Shown: one piece after another, positions 14,597-26,464 of the stretch
Numbering within the stretch: the first letter of the stretch is position 1
Layout of the letters: the number at the start of each line of letters is the position of its first letter
NCBI GenBank assembly: GCA_048128005.1
Contig: JBEUKZ010000041.1
Span: forward strand, 1-64,000
Direction: 5' to 3'
Length of the DNA: 64,000 nt
Origin: Veleropilina oligotropha
Taxonomy: Eukaryota
Program-made: the position numbers and the translations under genes
Notes under the pieces: model-generated
The model's database searches: none
Told to the model about the DNA's origin: nothing
The model's input: only the letters and a program-made list of their open reading frames with translations

Positions 14597-14796
14597 TAAC
14601 GATTCATGGCTTGGGTTGAAGTATGACGATATTCTTGGTTACCAATGGAATGACGGTGACGCTATCGAGTGGAGCGCCTGGGACAGTGGAGAGCCGAGAG
14701 ATCCATCTACCAAAAGCTGCATCACAGCTCGACATGATCAGAATGCATGGAATACCATTGACTGCGACGCTGGGCAACCATGCGTCTGTCAGTCTG
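14597..14796 (+). CDS. Exon 2 of C-type lectin gene 1 (C-terminal half of the CTLD)
   Basis: Pyrimidine tract + TAG acceptor at 14596. Encodes NDSWLGLKYDDILGYQWNDGDAIEWSAWDSGEPRDPSTKSCITARHDQNAWNTIDCDAGQPCVCQS, with WxG, WxDG, W..GEP, C, WN..C and C motifs. Donor G|GTGAGC at 14796/14797. Phase matches exon 1 (TG+T=Cys). Confidence 0.9.
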
Positions 14797-14879
14797 GTGA
14801 GCTGACGACATCGGTAGCACAAACGGGTACGTTGACACCAGTTCGTCTGCAGGCGTACGTTAATAACGAATTGCTTCTA

Positions 14880-15145
14880 ATCGGTCTAGTCCGCTTCTAC
14901 AATCGTGTGGTTTCACTTGCAGACTCCAAAGAATCACTGCCTTGATTACGCTAACACGAACAGTATTAGGTTCGAACCGCAGTTGGGACATGACACATTT
15001 GTTAAAGATATGAATCACAGTTGTCCGTAGCTGGTCGGAGAGGGCGGGTTTCTCCGGACGACCGGGCGTTCCTCCCGCGATAATATGGACACGTCCTGCT
15101 TTGAACTTAATGGTTGGACATATATACAGGACATTAAGCATCGAT
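14880..15145 (+). mobile_element. tRNA-derived SINE family X, copy in intron 2 just after exon 2
   Basis: B-box GGTTCGAACC at ~14970 and the shared family core. Confidence 0.75.
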
Positions 15146-15521
15146 CCTTTAATCGGTCTAAGGCGCCATTCATAACCAAGCCCATATATGCATGTCTAGA
15201 ACACGTGGTCAAATAAACATATCATACATATTATGATATACGGCACCTGCCCACTCTTTGGTGTTATCCATTCAAGTTAGCCTATGCCTTACCCGCTCTC
15301 TCTGTCTCCCTTCCCTTCTACATAGCTATCCACAAGAGTCTTTTGTATTCCACTGTCATTTCTTAACAGGTGCCCACAGTAGCTTGTCCTCTCTTTCATT
15401 ATCATTGTCTCTAAGCTCTCTAACCCCCCCCCCCCCCCCGCTTCGTCATTTGTCACTCTTTCTATTCACTATATCTTCATTTTTCTCAAGACTCACATCT
15501 CAAACGCCCTAAACTTGTTCC

Positions 15522-15836
15522 ACATTATGGAAAATTGCTCACTTACTTCGGCACTTGTTTTGAACGTACGAAGTTTCGACTGCACGTCAAGCAGTCTTGA
15601 TCGCGTAGTGATCTCTTGTGCCGCTGGGAGCGCCCAGGAACCAGGCTGTGATAGATAGCGGGCAGTTGATATCCATGGTCATGGTTCATGGTGAGTTTTC
15701 GCTCACTGATGTAGATGGTCTCCTTGACTTTTCGTTTTATCCATTCAGGTTCACGAGTGAGGATGGATGTGCTGGGTAGTGATACGTCGTACGTTCAAAA
15801 CAAGTTCCAAAGTAAGTAAACAATTTTACATTATGT
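15522..15836. mobile_element. MITE with ~50-bp TIRs
   Basis: acattatggaaaattgctcacttacttcggcacttgttttgaacgtacga is the near reverse complement of tcgtacgttcaaaacaagttccaaagtaagtaaacaattttacattatgt. Confidence 0.7.
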
Positions 15837-18800
15837 CATCACTTGGAACTGTGGCGGACCGAACGGTGCCCACGAACCAATAATCTGCTGACACTAAACA
15901 GTCAATGAACTTCACCAACACTGTGGCGGACCGAACGGTGAAACACAAACAAGTGACAAGGGTTGCCACCAACTTTCGCGAATCGAGCGGTCAACCAACA
16001 GACCACCAACCACCATAGCCTCAAACAGCACCATCGTCAAGTCAAAATCAACCAACACGCGATTACGCAATCACGACCACATTGCAGTCTCCCGTGATCG
16101 ACATCTCGACAGATGGAACAGTAGCGGGCCTCAATTGTCGATCACGCAGACTACGTCAAGGCAAACTGGTTTCACCAGAGGCGCAAAGCACCAAACCGAT
16201 GGCACGTCCCTTCGAATAGCAATGGTAAACGTTTACACAATGACCTGGAAAGAGGAACCGATGCATCATACAAAATTTATATATTTAACTGCCACCACCA
16301 TAATGCATAAACACGCTCAGTCCAGATCAAACATGAAAACGACGCGACGCAGGTCCCTACGAAAATATATCGCGAATGTAAAACGGCCGTCTCAACCGTG
16401 ACAGACAATGCCAGAGAAAAACTCAACCCAATACTGAACGAAATCCCGTAGTCGAGTTGTTCTCTGTTCGAAATAAAACAACATGTAATAAAAACTAATA
16501 TATTCATTTATTTACCATTACCTAGCCTACTTTAGTACAATAACAAAAATGAAACACTATCCAACAGCTATACATCAATATGCGTCACCGGCTACTTCTT
16601 GATCGTTAACATTACAATAAAAGCGGATTTCTTATAAATGTGAAACTGACATGGTAAAGTTTGCAAACACTTTGTGACCTGAAATCGATTAGCGAGTAAA
16701 CTTCCGAATAATCTTAATAAAGAACACGGGAGAAAACGTAGTTATTACTTTGATAGTAAATAATAAACAATACGACTCCGGCATAAAAGCGAGGTTATAT
16801 CTCCACAACAGTCGGCAGCATATCAAATGCAGTAAAATATTGCACTCATAATCTTCAACCACGACAACAAGTGCCTGCAGTAAAACTACTCGTCGGCGGA
16901 TTCACTAAAAGACACCAACGTTGTCCAACAACGACCGTTCTACTTCCGGTCCTATAGGTTGTTAGAACCAACCCATAGCTGATTAGGGGAAAGCTGGTAT
17001 TGCAATTATTGCGAACGAAATGGTACAGCAACTCCACAAAATATATCGTTCATTACCTCAAACGCACCGTGATCACAAGATCCTTTAAAATATAACCAAG
17101 CCGTCATATCATAATATTAAATAATACATCCCCGCGAAATGAATAAAACAGAAATGAGCAAAACGCACTCATGAATTAACTCTATCGTTTGAAATTAATT
17201 TAACTCATCGCAAGAAAGTAAATAACGTTACCATTGAAACTGAAGCAAGTTATCGCGCTAAATGAAAATGTCACAAGGCGTTCAAGATAGAGTATCAGTG
17301 AACCATTTCAATAATGACAACACTAACATTGAGTTTATATTATAACATAATTTATCGCGAATTCACAGGAAATACAATCTTCTCGCCGTGATCAAAATTT
17401 AACTTTGAACGAGTACGATGCGAATACTTCAATCATGTTCTTAAGATCGGGTAACGGCACTTCACACGGCCAACACGAAGCATCGTTCCGCATAAAGGTC
17501 CACGCGGAGGTTCCGTAACTTTCTCAGAATAAATCGCACCACGAAACAAGAGATTATATAATATTATTATGACATAGCTAAACGACATAATTCAAACTAA
17601 TGCTAGCGATTAATTACAACGTTAGATGTTAAATTCAGGAGAACGTTAGTAATTAAAAGTCACGTTTATTAAGATTCGTTTGTCAAACAGTGAAAAGTTA
17701 AATTACATATTTTTTTATATACGGCGGATAGGAAACAGAAATAAAACACCAAGACGTTACATCGGATTAACTCACAACTTACTTGGCCATCAAACATACG
17801 ACGAAACAGTACAACGCTGTACAAGGCCCCTCGTTGCGAGGCGTCGGACAGGCACAAGGAAAAAAGAGATCGATTTCACTTCTCGCTCAGCTTATAACAA
17901 GAATAATTTTGCATATTAAAAGGCAAACGTTTGTGGCGCACGATTTGACAGTTTTCCATAAGGGGACTACTATGTAGATTTCACGTAACCGATTCACAAT
18001 TCACAACAGTATACGGAAGGCGTTTAAGGCCATACAAATAAATATATTTAAAGGTGTCGAATCAAAAAATCGCGACAGAACCAATAACAACATCTTCTCA
18101 ATTGTCACCCCTATTCTTAATAATGGGATAAAGCATCGCAAACAATAGACCTGAAAAGTACCGTCTTCGGCAATAATTGACGAGAAATACCGCGTTCTCA
18201 TTGGTCGAGAAGTGAAATTGGCTTCTAAACAAATTTAGACGATATTTCACTGTAATTCTTTTGTTACGGAACGGTGTCTATTTTGGATATCTAATTTTAG
18301 CGTTGTAAATGAAAACAATGGACTTCTGTTCATACGATGTTCATTAGCAAAGATGACATTGTGGACAATCAAATGTGGTAATTTTCAACAGGCAATCGAC
18401 GCGGCTGTCTTGCTGAGGTGTCATAACTTTTCCAACTCCTATTGTATGTAGCCCAGCATACAGATAGGAGAACAATACCAGTTACGTTGGGCCATTTACA
18501 AGTTAATATAAAGTAGAAGGCTAATAAGAGGTGAAAACAATATGTGTGTTGTTACCTAAATTGTTTGTTTTTTTTACATTTATTTTATTAAAAAGAATCA
18601 GTCACTGAACCCGTTGCGACGATGACTACGGCAGATGCCGCCGTGAATGCCGTCGGCAAGAAAGGTGAGCAGTATGTACTCAGCTATGGTTTGAGTCGAT
18701 GATTCGTACCCCATTTTTACACCTTTCACGCTCTTCTCCATTACACGACCAGGATGACATATTTATTCATGTAATGATGCATTATCTATGTTTATCTATT

Positions 18801-19159
18801 ATTATGCATTATCTATTATTATGTTTAACCTGTGACTGATATAAGAGTAGTACTAAGCAGTCACAGGTTAAACATAATATACATGATACCGATATTACCT
18901 TTCGTTCAACGAGGCTCTCAGCGACGAGTGACAGCTAGGGAGCGGTTAGTTTCACACTTTAACACCGCAGCGCCATCTATCAGGCAGAATTGAGATAGCA
19001 TAATACGAGCGCATATTATGCTAGACTTTCAAACACGACCTTGCCAACCTCAACATGCCAGCGTCAACATGCTAGCCTCAACATGCCAACACGAACATGC
19101 GAGTTCCAAGTTGTAGCTGCTAATATGCTTCTAACTGTAGAAATATTTATTCTATAACC

Positions 19160-19449
19160 GTTTTTATCATGTAGCATGATGAATGATGGATGTAGAATAA
19201 AGAATATAGGATGTAGAATAAAGAATGTAGGATGTAGAATAAAGAATATAGGATGTAGAATAAAGAATGTAGGATGTAGAATTTTTGCACCTTGTATTTT
19301 ACCATGTAGCATGATGAATGATGGATGTAGAATAAAGAATGTAGGATGTAGAATTTTTGCACCTTGTATTTTACCATGTAGCATGATGAATGATGGATGT
19401 AGAATAAAGAATGTAGGATGTAGAATTTTTGCACCTATTCGGCTCCATA
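19160..19449. repeat. 21-bp subrepeat / 78-bp tandem array ending in an IS3EU-like terminus (..GGCTCCATA)
   Basis: ggatgtagaataaagaatgta units inside a larger 78-bp repeat. Only one TAYGG-type end found. Confidence 0.6.
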
Positions 19450-19481
19450 GCAGCGAGGGACCCGCGTGGCTTCCGCACAAG

Positions 19482-19645
19482 ATGGCCTCATTGAAGCATC
19501 TTCATCAAACATTATTACTGCAATATGTGGAAGAAGAACCGAATTGTAATGATATGATTTTGGCATTGTTGGTTATGAAACATGCATTATTGAAGCAGAA
19601 CAGGAGGCATCGCTTTTGGGTACATATTATAATATCGTAAAACGC
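19482..19645 (+). pseudogene. Possible N-terminal remnant of a Harbinger transposase
   Basis: MAS...LLLQYVEEE...ILALL...RRHRFWVHII resembles Harbinger transposase N-termini. Cut off by the following SINE. Confidence 0.35.
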
Positions 19646-19653
19646 ATGCATAT

Positions 19654-19995
19654 GCAGCCGTGGTGCAGTGGTAGATGCACTGGCCTCTCACTCGAGAGGT
19701 TTGGGGTTCAACCCCGATCCCGGCGACTTCCCTTGGGCAAGGAATTAAGCATATATTGCCTCGGTTCACCCAGCCGATCTGAGATATAAATGGGTACCTG
19801 GTTGGCAGTGGCAGAATATGTCAGAATGACTGGTCAAGCGCCTAACAGGCATGTACTTGGCCGTTATACATTCAGAGAGAGTTGAGAAGGAATATTGAAT
19901 GAACAGGCCAATAACCAGGGGAATAATAATGTGAGCGCTTTGAGCACGCATTTCGTATGTGTGGGAAAGCGCAGATAAATCTTCACATTTTTATA
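19654..19995 (+). mobile_element. tRNA-derived SINE with CORE-like and Deu/Nin-like central motifs and an L2-type 3' tail
   Basis: A-box GTGGTGCAGTGG, B-box GGTTCAACCCC, then CCTTGGGCAAG and CACCCAGC..TAAATGGGTACC; tail GAGCGCTTTGAG...GAAAGCGC..ATAAAT. Confidence 0.8.
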
Positions 19996-20226
19996 TGTAG
20001 AATTTGCACAATATCTGGATTGAATCCCGTCGACTTGGCTGATTACCACCAAATATCGTTCCTAACAGATATATGTAAATTATTGTGCGATTTAAATGCA
20101 CTGTTAGCATACTATTGTCAAATAATTAGTTACACACTACAAACAAAAGGTCTACGACAATAGAAAGTCTACATTTCACATAATTTATTATATAGCAGGA
20201 ACCGCGCATATGGAAAACGGCCTTAA

Positions 20227-21773
20227 AGCGGCCCATACACGATCAATATTATTGACAATATTATTGTCAATACTGCATATTGACAATATTAGTGGCGAGT
20301 ATTGAAGCAAAACTTAGACTTGCGCAATATTCTGGCGGAATCAAATTTTTTAGATATTTATTGATGGGTTTGCAATAATATTGATCGTTATTGTCGCTCC
20401 GTCAGATTATTGACAATATTTCAGCCTATCGGCTGTCGTCGTTGACTAAAGATGACTCCGTAAGCGAGAAAGGGTGAACATAGTTTTTTTTATTACAGTG
20501 CATATAATTAATTGTACGAGCAACTGTCAGCTTTATACATCAAGCGAACTGTTTCATAATAAGCAGTTTCTGAAGCAATACGGGGAGAAATAAGCTAATG
20601 CAACAAAAGAAGAAGTGAAGGGGAAATTTAACACCATAAGAACGAACATTAGAAAAGAGCTGAACAATATGAATGAATCAATTAGTGTAGTGTAATATGT
20701 AACGTGGGGTTTATATGGCACCGTGGGCTTCATCTGTATTGATAAATTAGCAGTAAAAGATCAATGACAGGAGGAAACTTACATATTTATATAAGAAAGC
20801 ATCAACGTGTCTCAAGAGAGAGTGCGATATAGTGGAATCCAATAAAACATTTAAAATTCGAGCGTAAATATAGAAATCAAGTGAATTTAAAAGGCTATTT
20901 ATAATTACACCAACAGACATATAAGAAGTACATTAACTATTAAACTGGCATCTATTGAGTTTCCTTTGAAAATAATTAATTCTGACTATTTTATTACATC
21001 ACATCAACAAATGATAACACCTTTATGATATCGAGTAATCACGCTATTTATTCAAATTCTCAACTTTTGTTGTATTACGAATCGAGGTTGTAAATGTATC
21101 AATATTTTCAAGTCAATTGTTGCTGGTGAGGGCAAACCCCAAAACCCACAACATCATAGAACACGCAATATGATAGAAATTGATAGGAAGGATCATTTTG
21201 TCGCATCTCTTCCAACAGGTCAAAGTGTCCGAAGTGATGCCTTTTAAGCAATCATTTGAACCTCTTTCCACTTTTGGGTTTATCTCTATCAAAATTAGGG
21301 CCGCTACGATAGTCGTGTGGTTTCGTTTGTAAACTCAGAAAAATTACTGGATTGATTTCGCTGCCACGAACAGTAGTTGGTTCGAAATTCGGTTGAGACA
21401 TGACATTATAATTATGCTCAAGTTCAGATTCACGGTTGTTCGTAACTGGTCGGAGAGGGCGGATTTCCCTGGGCGACCTGGCTTTCCTCCGGCGATAATA
21501 TGGAAACGTCCTGTTTTGAACATAATTATGGCTGGAAATATACAGAACATTAATCATTGATCCTTTCCTTACTTCTATCAATAGCAAGTGACAATGCTAT
21601 AGCGACCTGGGGATCTAAACATTCCTGTTCCACGGACGACATCCAGAGTAATAATGACCATAATTTTTCAAGAAAATGCGCAATAATATTGTGTCGTTGG
21701 TGGCAAAAAATAATTTCCTCAATAATATTGAAGCAATATTATTGACAATAATATTGATCGTGTATGGGCCGCT
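20227..21773. mobile_element. Non-autonomous PIF/Harbinger element with TAA TSD, Myb/MADF-like remnant and a nested SINE
   Basis: Perfect TIR AGCGGCCCATACACGATCAATATTATTG, with TAA at 20224-20226 and 21774-21776. Internal NATKEEVKGKFNTIRTNIRKEL (~20596-20665) resembles a MADF/SANT helix. Confidence 0.9.
21298..21560 (+). mobile_element. tRNA-derived SINE family X, copy nested in the Harbinger element
   Basis: Colinear with the 14880-15145 copy, including the GGTTCGAA B-box. Confidence 0.75.
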
Positions 21774-22109
21774 TAAGTGTGAAAATGTAAACTTTTAAAC
21801 CTCATATCTGATAATAATGTGCATTGTTACATGTTGAAAGTTTAAAAGTACAGAGTTTATTCTTGGCACAGATCCCCTTCTATACAGCTCGTTAGGTATC
21901 TATTATTGTTAAACTTGTTCAAACTAATCCAAAACAAAATACGATGCCCACACAGTCATGCGAGTCGGACATTAATCAGAAACATTGTAAATATTGATTT
22001 AAGAAGTTCGGTATCTGCATATCAACACAAATTGCTATAATATATAAATGCATGGAAGATCGGCCCGTATGTTTTCAACATTCAAGTTCAAGCCAGGTAT
22101 TGGAGTGAA

Positions 22110-22345
22110 TTGGATCGATGGTTAAGTCATGTATACATACAACCTTCAGGTTAACACCAGGACATGTATTATCGCAATAGGAAAGGCCGTTCGCCCTGAT
22201 AAACCCATCTTCGGCCAGTGAAGGACAACTGTAATTGATAACCGAACAAAGAACGCACTAATCGAGATTTGAACGAACTTCTCATCAGTCAGTCATCAGA
22301 TCAGTCATGCTATTGGTTTCAGCGACCTGAGCGGCCTAGTTCCGG
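22110..22345 (-). mobile_element. SINE family X, diverged copy (partial second copy follows to ~22420)
   Basis: aaccttcaggtt..caggacatgtattatcgc..aaaccc..ggccagt..ggacaactg shared with the other copies. Confidence 0.55.
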
Positions 22346-23037
22346 CCAGGAAATGTCCATATTATTGCGGGATGAATTTATCCTGGTCACCTGGGGAAAC
22401 ACGCTCTCTCCGGCTAGTTATGGAAAGTGTTATTACACCATGTCTGGATCTTAAAGAGGTCGCCCCGTGGTCAAGTGGTTAAAGTTTGTTACTAATCTAT
22501 GGTTGAAATGTATCGGTTACGATCATTAACAAGGCTCCATTGGGTGGCTAATTTCCATCAAGATTTTTTATGAGTCCGTGACCATCCAAAAGAGCGATTT
22601 GCTAGCACATTTATTTAAATATCGTCTGTTATTGATATTAATGAAATTATCGCATTACCGTTTATAATAAAGTTGTATCGATGTGGTGAAATTAAAAAAA
22701 TATTTTGTACCCATGAAGTGATCCATATTCGTTAGTCGTGCCAGCATACGTCTATTGACACTCTATTGAGATTTAATTGACAATTCGTTACATGTACGAT
22801 TCATTGATGAATCTTACCGAAAAATTAATGACAGACTGATCTTTATCGGATAATGTAGTAACCACAAGATTTCGAATATTGAGAGAGGGGGGGGGGGGCA
22901 TTCGTCCACGTCTTCTGATATTTTTTACCCTTATTAATTAGTCTTGCTTCAGCGGCAACTGGTGTTTCAATCGTGTTCGCGAAGGAATCATGTGTTTATC
23001 ACTAACAAATCACATGACCAGTGTATGGCATCTAAGT

Positions 23038-23516
23038 TTATCACGTGACAAACCTGTTATGAAACGGCAGAACCCGTTTCATATTTTCCATATGAATCAC
23101 ACGTTTAATAACTATGCAAATGAGGGCGAGCATGATGCCACCCAGTCGCATCTGGCGCGAATTAGATTAAGTGGTGCATCACCCTAATTCATATATTGAA
23201 TAATTCATACGCGTTGACTCGTCGTCTGCTGACAAAACAACGATGTGGAACTCCTTTTGTTGGCGTACGTATGTATTTTGGCGTGGCACGTGCTGTCGAT
23301 GCGTGATTCGTCTGAGGCATGTCAGTTTATGACTGAAAGTACTGACATAAATCATATTGAAAACGTAAAGAAATCAGTCTAAAAACGTAAAAATAAGTTT
23401 AAAGGTAAATAAAATCATGTGATAAAGAAGATCTGAAACTAATTATGAAACTCGTGCCCGACTCGTGTCATAATAATTATTCTCATATGAAATGGAAACT
23501 CGTTTGATATCCTCTA
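23038..23516 (+). mobile_element. Monomer of hairpin-module element family B
   Basis: Colinear with 62131-62651 from TTTATCAC.TGACAAA to ...GATATCCTCTA. The terminal hairpin is internally deleted. Confidence 0.8.
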
Positions 23517-24181
23517 TTGTCACATATATTATTATTGACCGTTTGCAAAAGCGCCCCATCAACATTTTCACTGTTACGAAAGAGAGGTTGTGTGTCAGCG
23601 TTTAAATGTTCTTTTTATCACAATTGTGTACAGTTACTGTAACGCGAATTTCACGATCGTGCGTATATTAATGTGATTATTTACATATAAATATATAAAT
23701 ATATATATGAAATATAATGTATATTTGATGCGACAACACATATTCCATTCAATATAGGTGCCATATTTATTTAATACAAGATAGTTACGTACATCCCTTC
23801 ATCGCAGAAATAAAATAAAATATTTGACAAAAAAGTATTCATGCCTGACTCTTTATTATTTAATAAACATTGTGACAAATTTGACCAAGTTGTAAATTTT
23901 AACAAAATCAAGTGGTGTTACGTATTAAAAATCTTAAATTTTACGCTGACGTCTTTTGGTTTCAAGCGTAATGTGCACAAGCAAACTTTGAACGTTTCAT
24001 CACACTATTCACTTCTCTCCTGTATACATCTGCATTCGGTAGGTTTACTGGTTTACGCACTACCAATTCAAACGTTTTATTCTCCGATCCAATTCGATGG
24101 CGTATATATGCTTTGCAACACATATAATGACTTCATGAAACTCGGATATCATGTGTACACCTATACTCTTTCTTATTTCAG

Positions 24182-24474
24182 ATTGCTTATATGTGGTAGC
24201 GAATAGAGATAATATTCCAGTGTCCGGACTGCAGATAACGACGACAGCGCGGAGCACACTCGCCTGTGCCGTTAAGTGTACGGTGATTGGTTGCGCTTTG
24301 TTTGCTGTGAAGACCAACCAAGTATGCGCGCTATATGACGCCACGGCGTCGACGGGATCATGGGTATCGACGCCAGGGGCTGTGGTCTACGTCATCCAAG
24401 GGAGTTACGCGCTCCATTGTATTCGACGGGTTAATGTCCCGGGCTTAACTCGGAATACATATTTTATTAAATAA
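24182..24474 (+). CDS. Exon 3 of gene 1: PAN/apple-like domain, probable terminal exon
   Basis: Acceptor ctctttcttatttcAG at 24181; the phase 1 junction G+AT=Asp matches exon 2. Encodes DCLYVV...ARSTLACAVKCTVIGCALFAVKTNQVCALYD, a C-x3-C...C...C-x-L-Y pattern typical of PAN domains. Stop TAA at 24472-24474. Confidence 0.7.
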
Positions 24475-24542
24475 TTGTGAAGACATTAATTTTAATGACG
24501 ATCGGTGCTTAATATTATGCAAGAACGTGTCGAGGAGGATAA

Positions 24543-24909
24543 TATGGAAGACGGATGCGGTCACTCGTTTTCTCGCGCCGCGGGTTACGAAACACGAGAA
24601 TACGAGAAAACGAGATTAGAGCAAATATCGCCAGTTTATCTACTATTCTCGTTTTCTCGCTATCTAGTTTTCTCGACTTATCAAAACGCGCGGCGCGAGA
24701 AGACGAGAAAACGCCAAAACGAGATTATATTTCTGCCTCGTTTTCTCGCGCCGCGCGTTTTGATAAGTCGAGAAAATGAGATAGCGAGAAAACGATAATA
24801 GTAGATAAACTCGCGATATTAGCTCTAATCTCGTTTTCTCATTTTCTCATATTCTCGTTTTTCGTAACCCGCGGCGCGAAAAAACGAATGGGTGCATACG
24901 TCTTCCATA
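24543..24909. mobile_element. Foldback MITE, IS3EU-like
   Basis: Almost entirely palindromic. Termini TATGGAAGACG...CGTCTTCCATA; 6-bp flanks GGATAA / GGATAC. TAYGG termini with a 6-bp TSD fit IS3EU. Confidence 0.8.
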
Positions 24910-26192
24910 GGATACCGTTCGCTCAAGAAAACCCACGAACACAGAGAAGTTACGAGCAACAGTCATTGTCAAACGGAGTCACTTTTGTTAGAAAGAGCAA
25001 GTTAAGCGTCCTTACCCACGAGATCAATAAAATGGTAAACAAATTATAATACCTTCATTAATACCAAGTTGCTGATTAACATAATACAATAACTTTATAC
25101 TACACCAGAATATTTGTCATTGTCTGTCAGAAATTTAATAAAACATATTTCGTCGAACGAAAATATGTTTCTTTGATAAAAGTGGCCTATTAAGACAGTA
25201 TGCGTTCACATTTTTAGTTGTAAATTGAATGCTTGGTATAAGTTTCATGTACGGATTTTGAAATAACTTCTTAACAAATATCTTGATTTTGAATAAATTG
25301 TATTCTGTGAAATAGAAAAATGTATTAAAATGGCGATTCTTGCGCTCCTTAGCCAACGGTATTGTGGAGTGGCCTTAATTAAGATATCCGCAACGCAATA
25401 TGTTTTTTATGTAAACCATTGTCATGGCGTCATTATATTGTCTATTGCAGTTTAATTAATTTGATTTATAGTTAGACTATCCGGTCTACTTCCTTGCACT
25501 AATAACAAGTCTACTAATATATTAAAGTAATATATCTTAAATTTGTTTACATTTATTCAGTGGTTTAAGTCGGTTAAATCACTCAGATTTTGTTGTCTAG
25601 TTGGAGAATACCGCGCAGTTAAACAACGGCGCTGTTCGATTCGTAGTTTAACTGTGGGGTTCTCCGATTCGACAACGATATCTCGTGGCCTAACCTATAC
25701 ATTTCAGTTCAGTTCAGTTCAGTTCAGTTTATTTTGCCATAAATATTATACAAAATTTTACATATAATGAATACAATGAAATAAATATGTGTACTGCTAT
25801 AATGATAAATAAATATATGGGCACGGAGATCTGTCAGGCATACCATCCCGTGTTTAAGGTATCTTAAGATGTCTTATAGTCTATATACAATCATGTTTGG
25901 TCCAAAATGACACTGAAAGGGCCTTTGTGACATATCCTTCTCTAAAACAAAAGACTAACAAACATGTCAGCCGCAACGAAAGATTTTCGTGTTGCTCCAT
26001 ATGGCAAGTCGCCTTTCTATCGTGTAGAGATAAGTTCCATAAATCGGTACAACCTCGATCGAGAAAACATAAGAGACTGTCACTTTCCTCGCCGCAAATC
26101 GGAGCAATTTCCCCTTTAATCTTACTCCCCAAAGCGTATTATATGACTCAATCAAAAGAGACGTTACCTCATTATTGTTATATATATATATA

Positions 26193-26367
26193 TATAGGGT
26201 ATTTGATGGTATGTCATAAATATTAAATATATTTTGTCGAGTTAAATATATCCTAGCGGATTCACCAAAGGCCGGATGCCTTAAACGAAACGGCTAGGAT
26301 ATAGTTCACGAGACAAAATATATTTAATATTTCTGACATAACATTGAATACTCTATTTATTATATAG
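26193..26367 (+). repeat. Self-complementary hairpin module, family A (solo copy next to a TA run)
   Basis: Internally palindromic, and the reverse complement of 29208-29382. Confidence 0.8.
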
Positions 26368-26464
26368 ATGGGTTAGTTATCAATTAAATTATGTTACCAT
26401 TGTATAGCCATGCTTATTTTTGTGGAAGAACGAACGCGTGTGCTGTTGACGTTGTAAAGTAGTT

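Noticed and set aside
14478..14945. Stand-alone 155-aa lectin ORF
   Set aside because: Only 14597-14796 is lectin-like and bounded by splice sites. The flanks are intron and SINE sequence.
16135..17060. RTE endonuclease N-terminus (LRIAMVNVYTM) and gag-like zinc knuckle (WYCNYCERNG)
   Set aside because: Single short motifs with no supporting downstream domains or LTRs; too weak without a database search.
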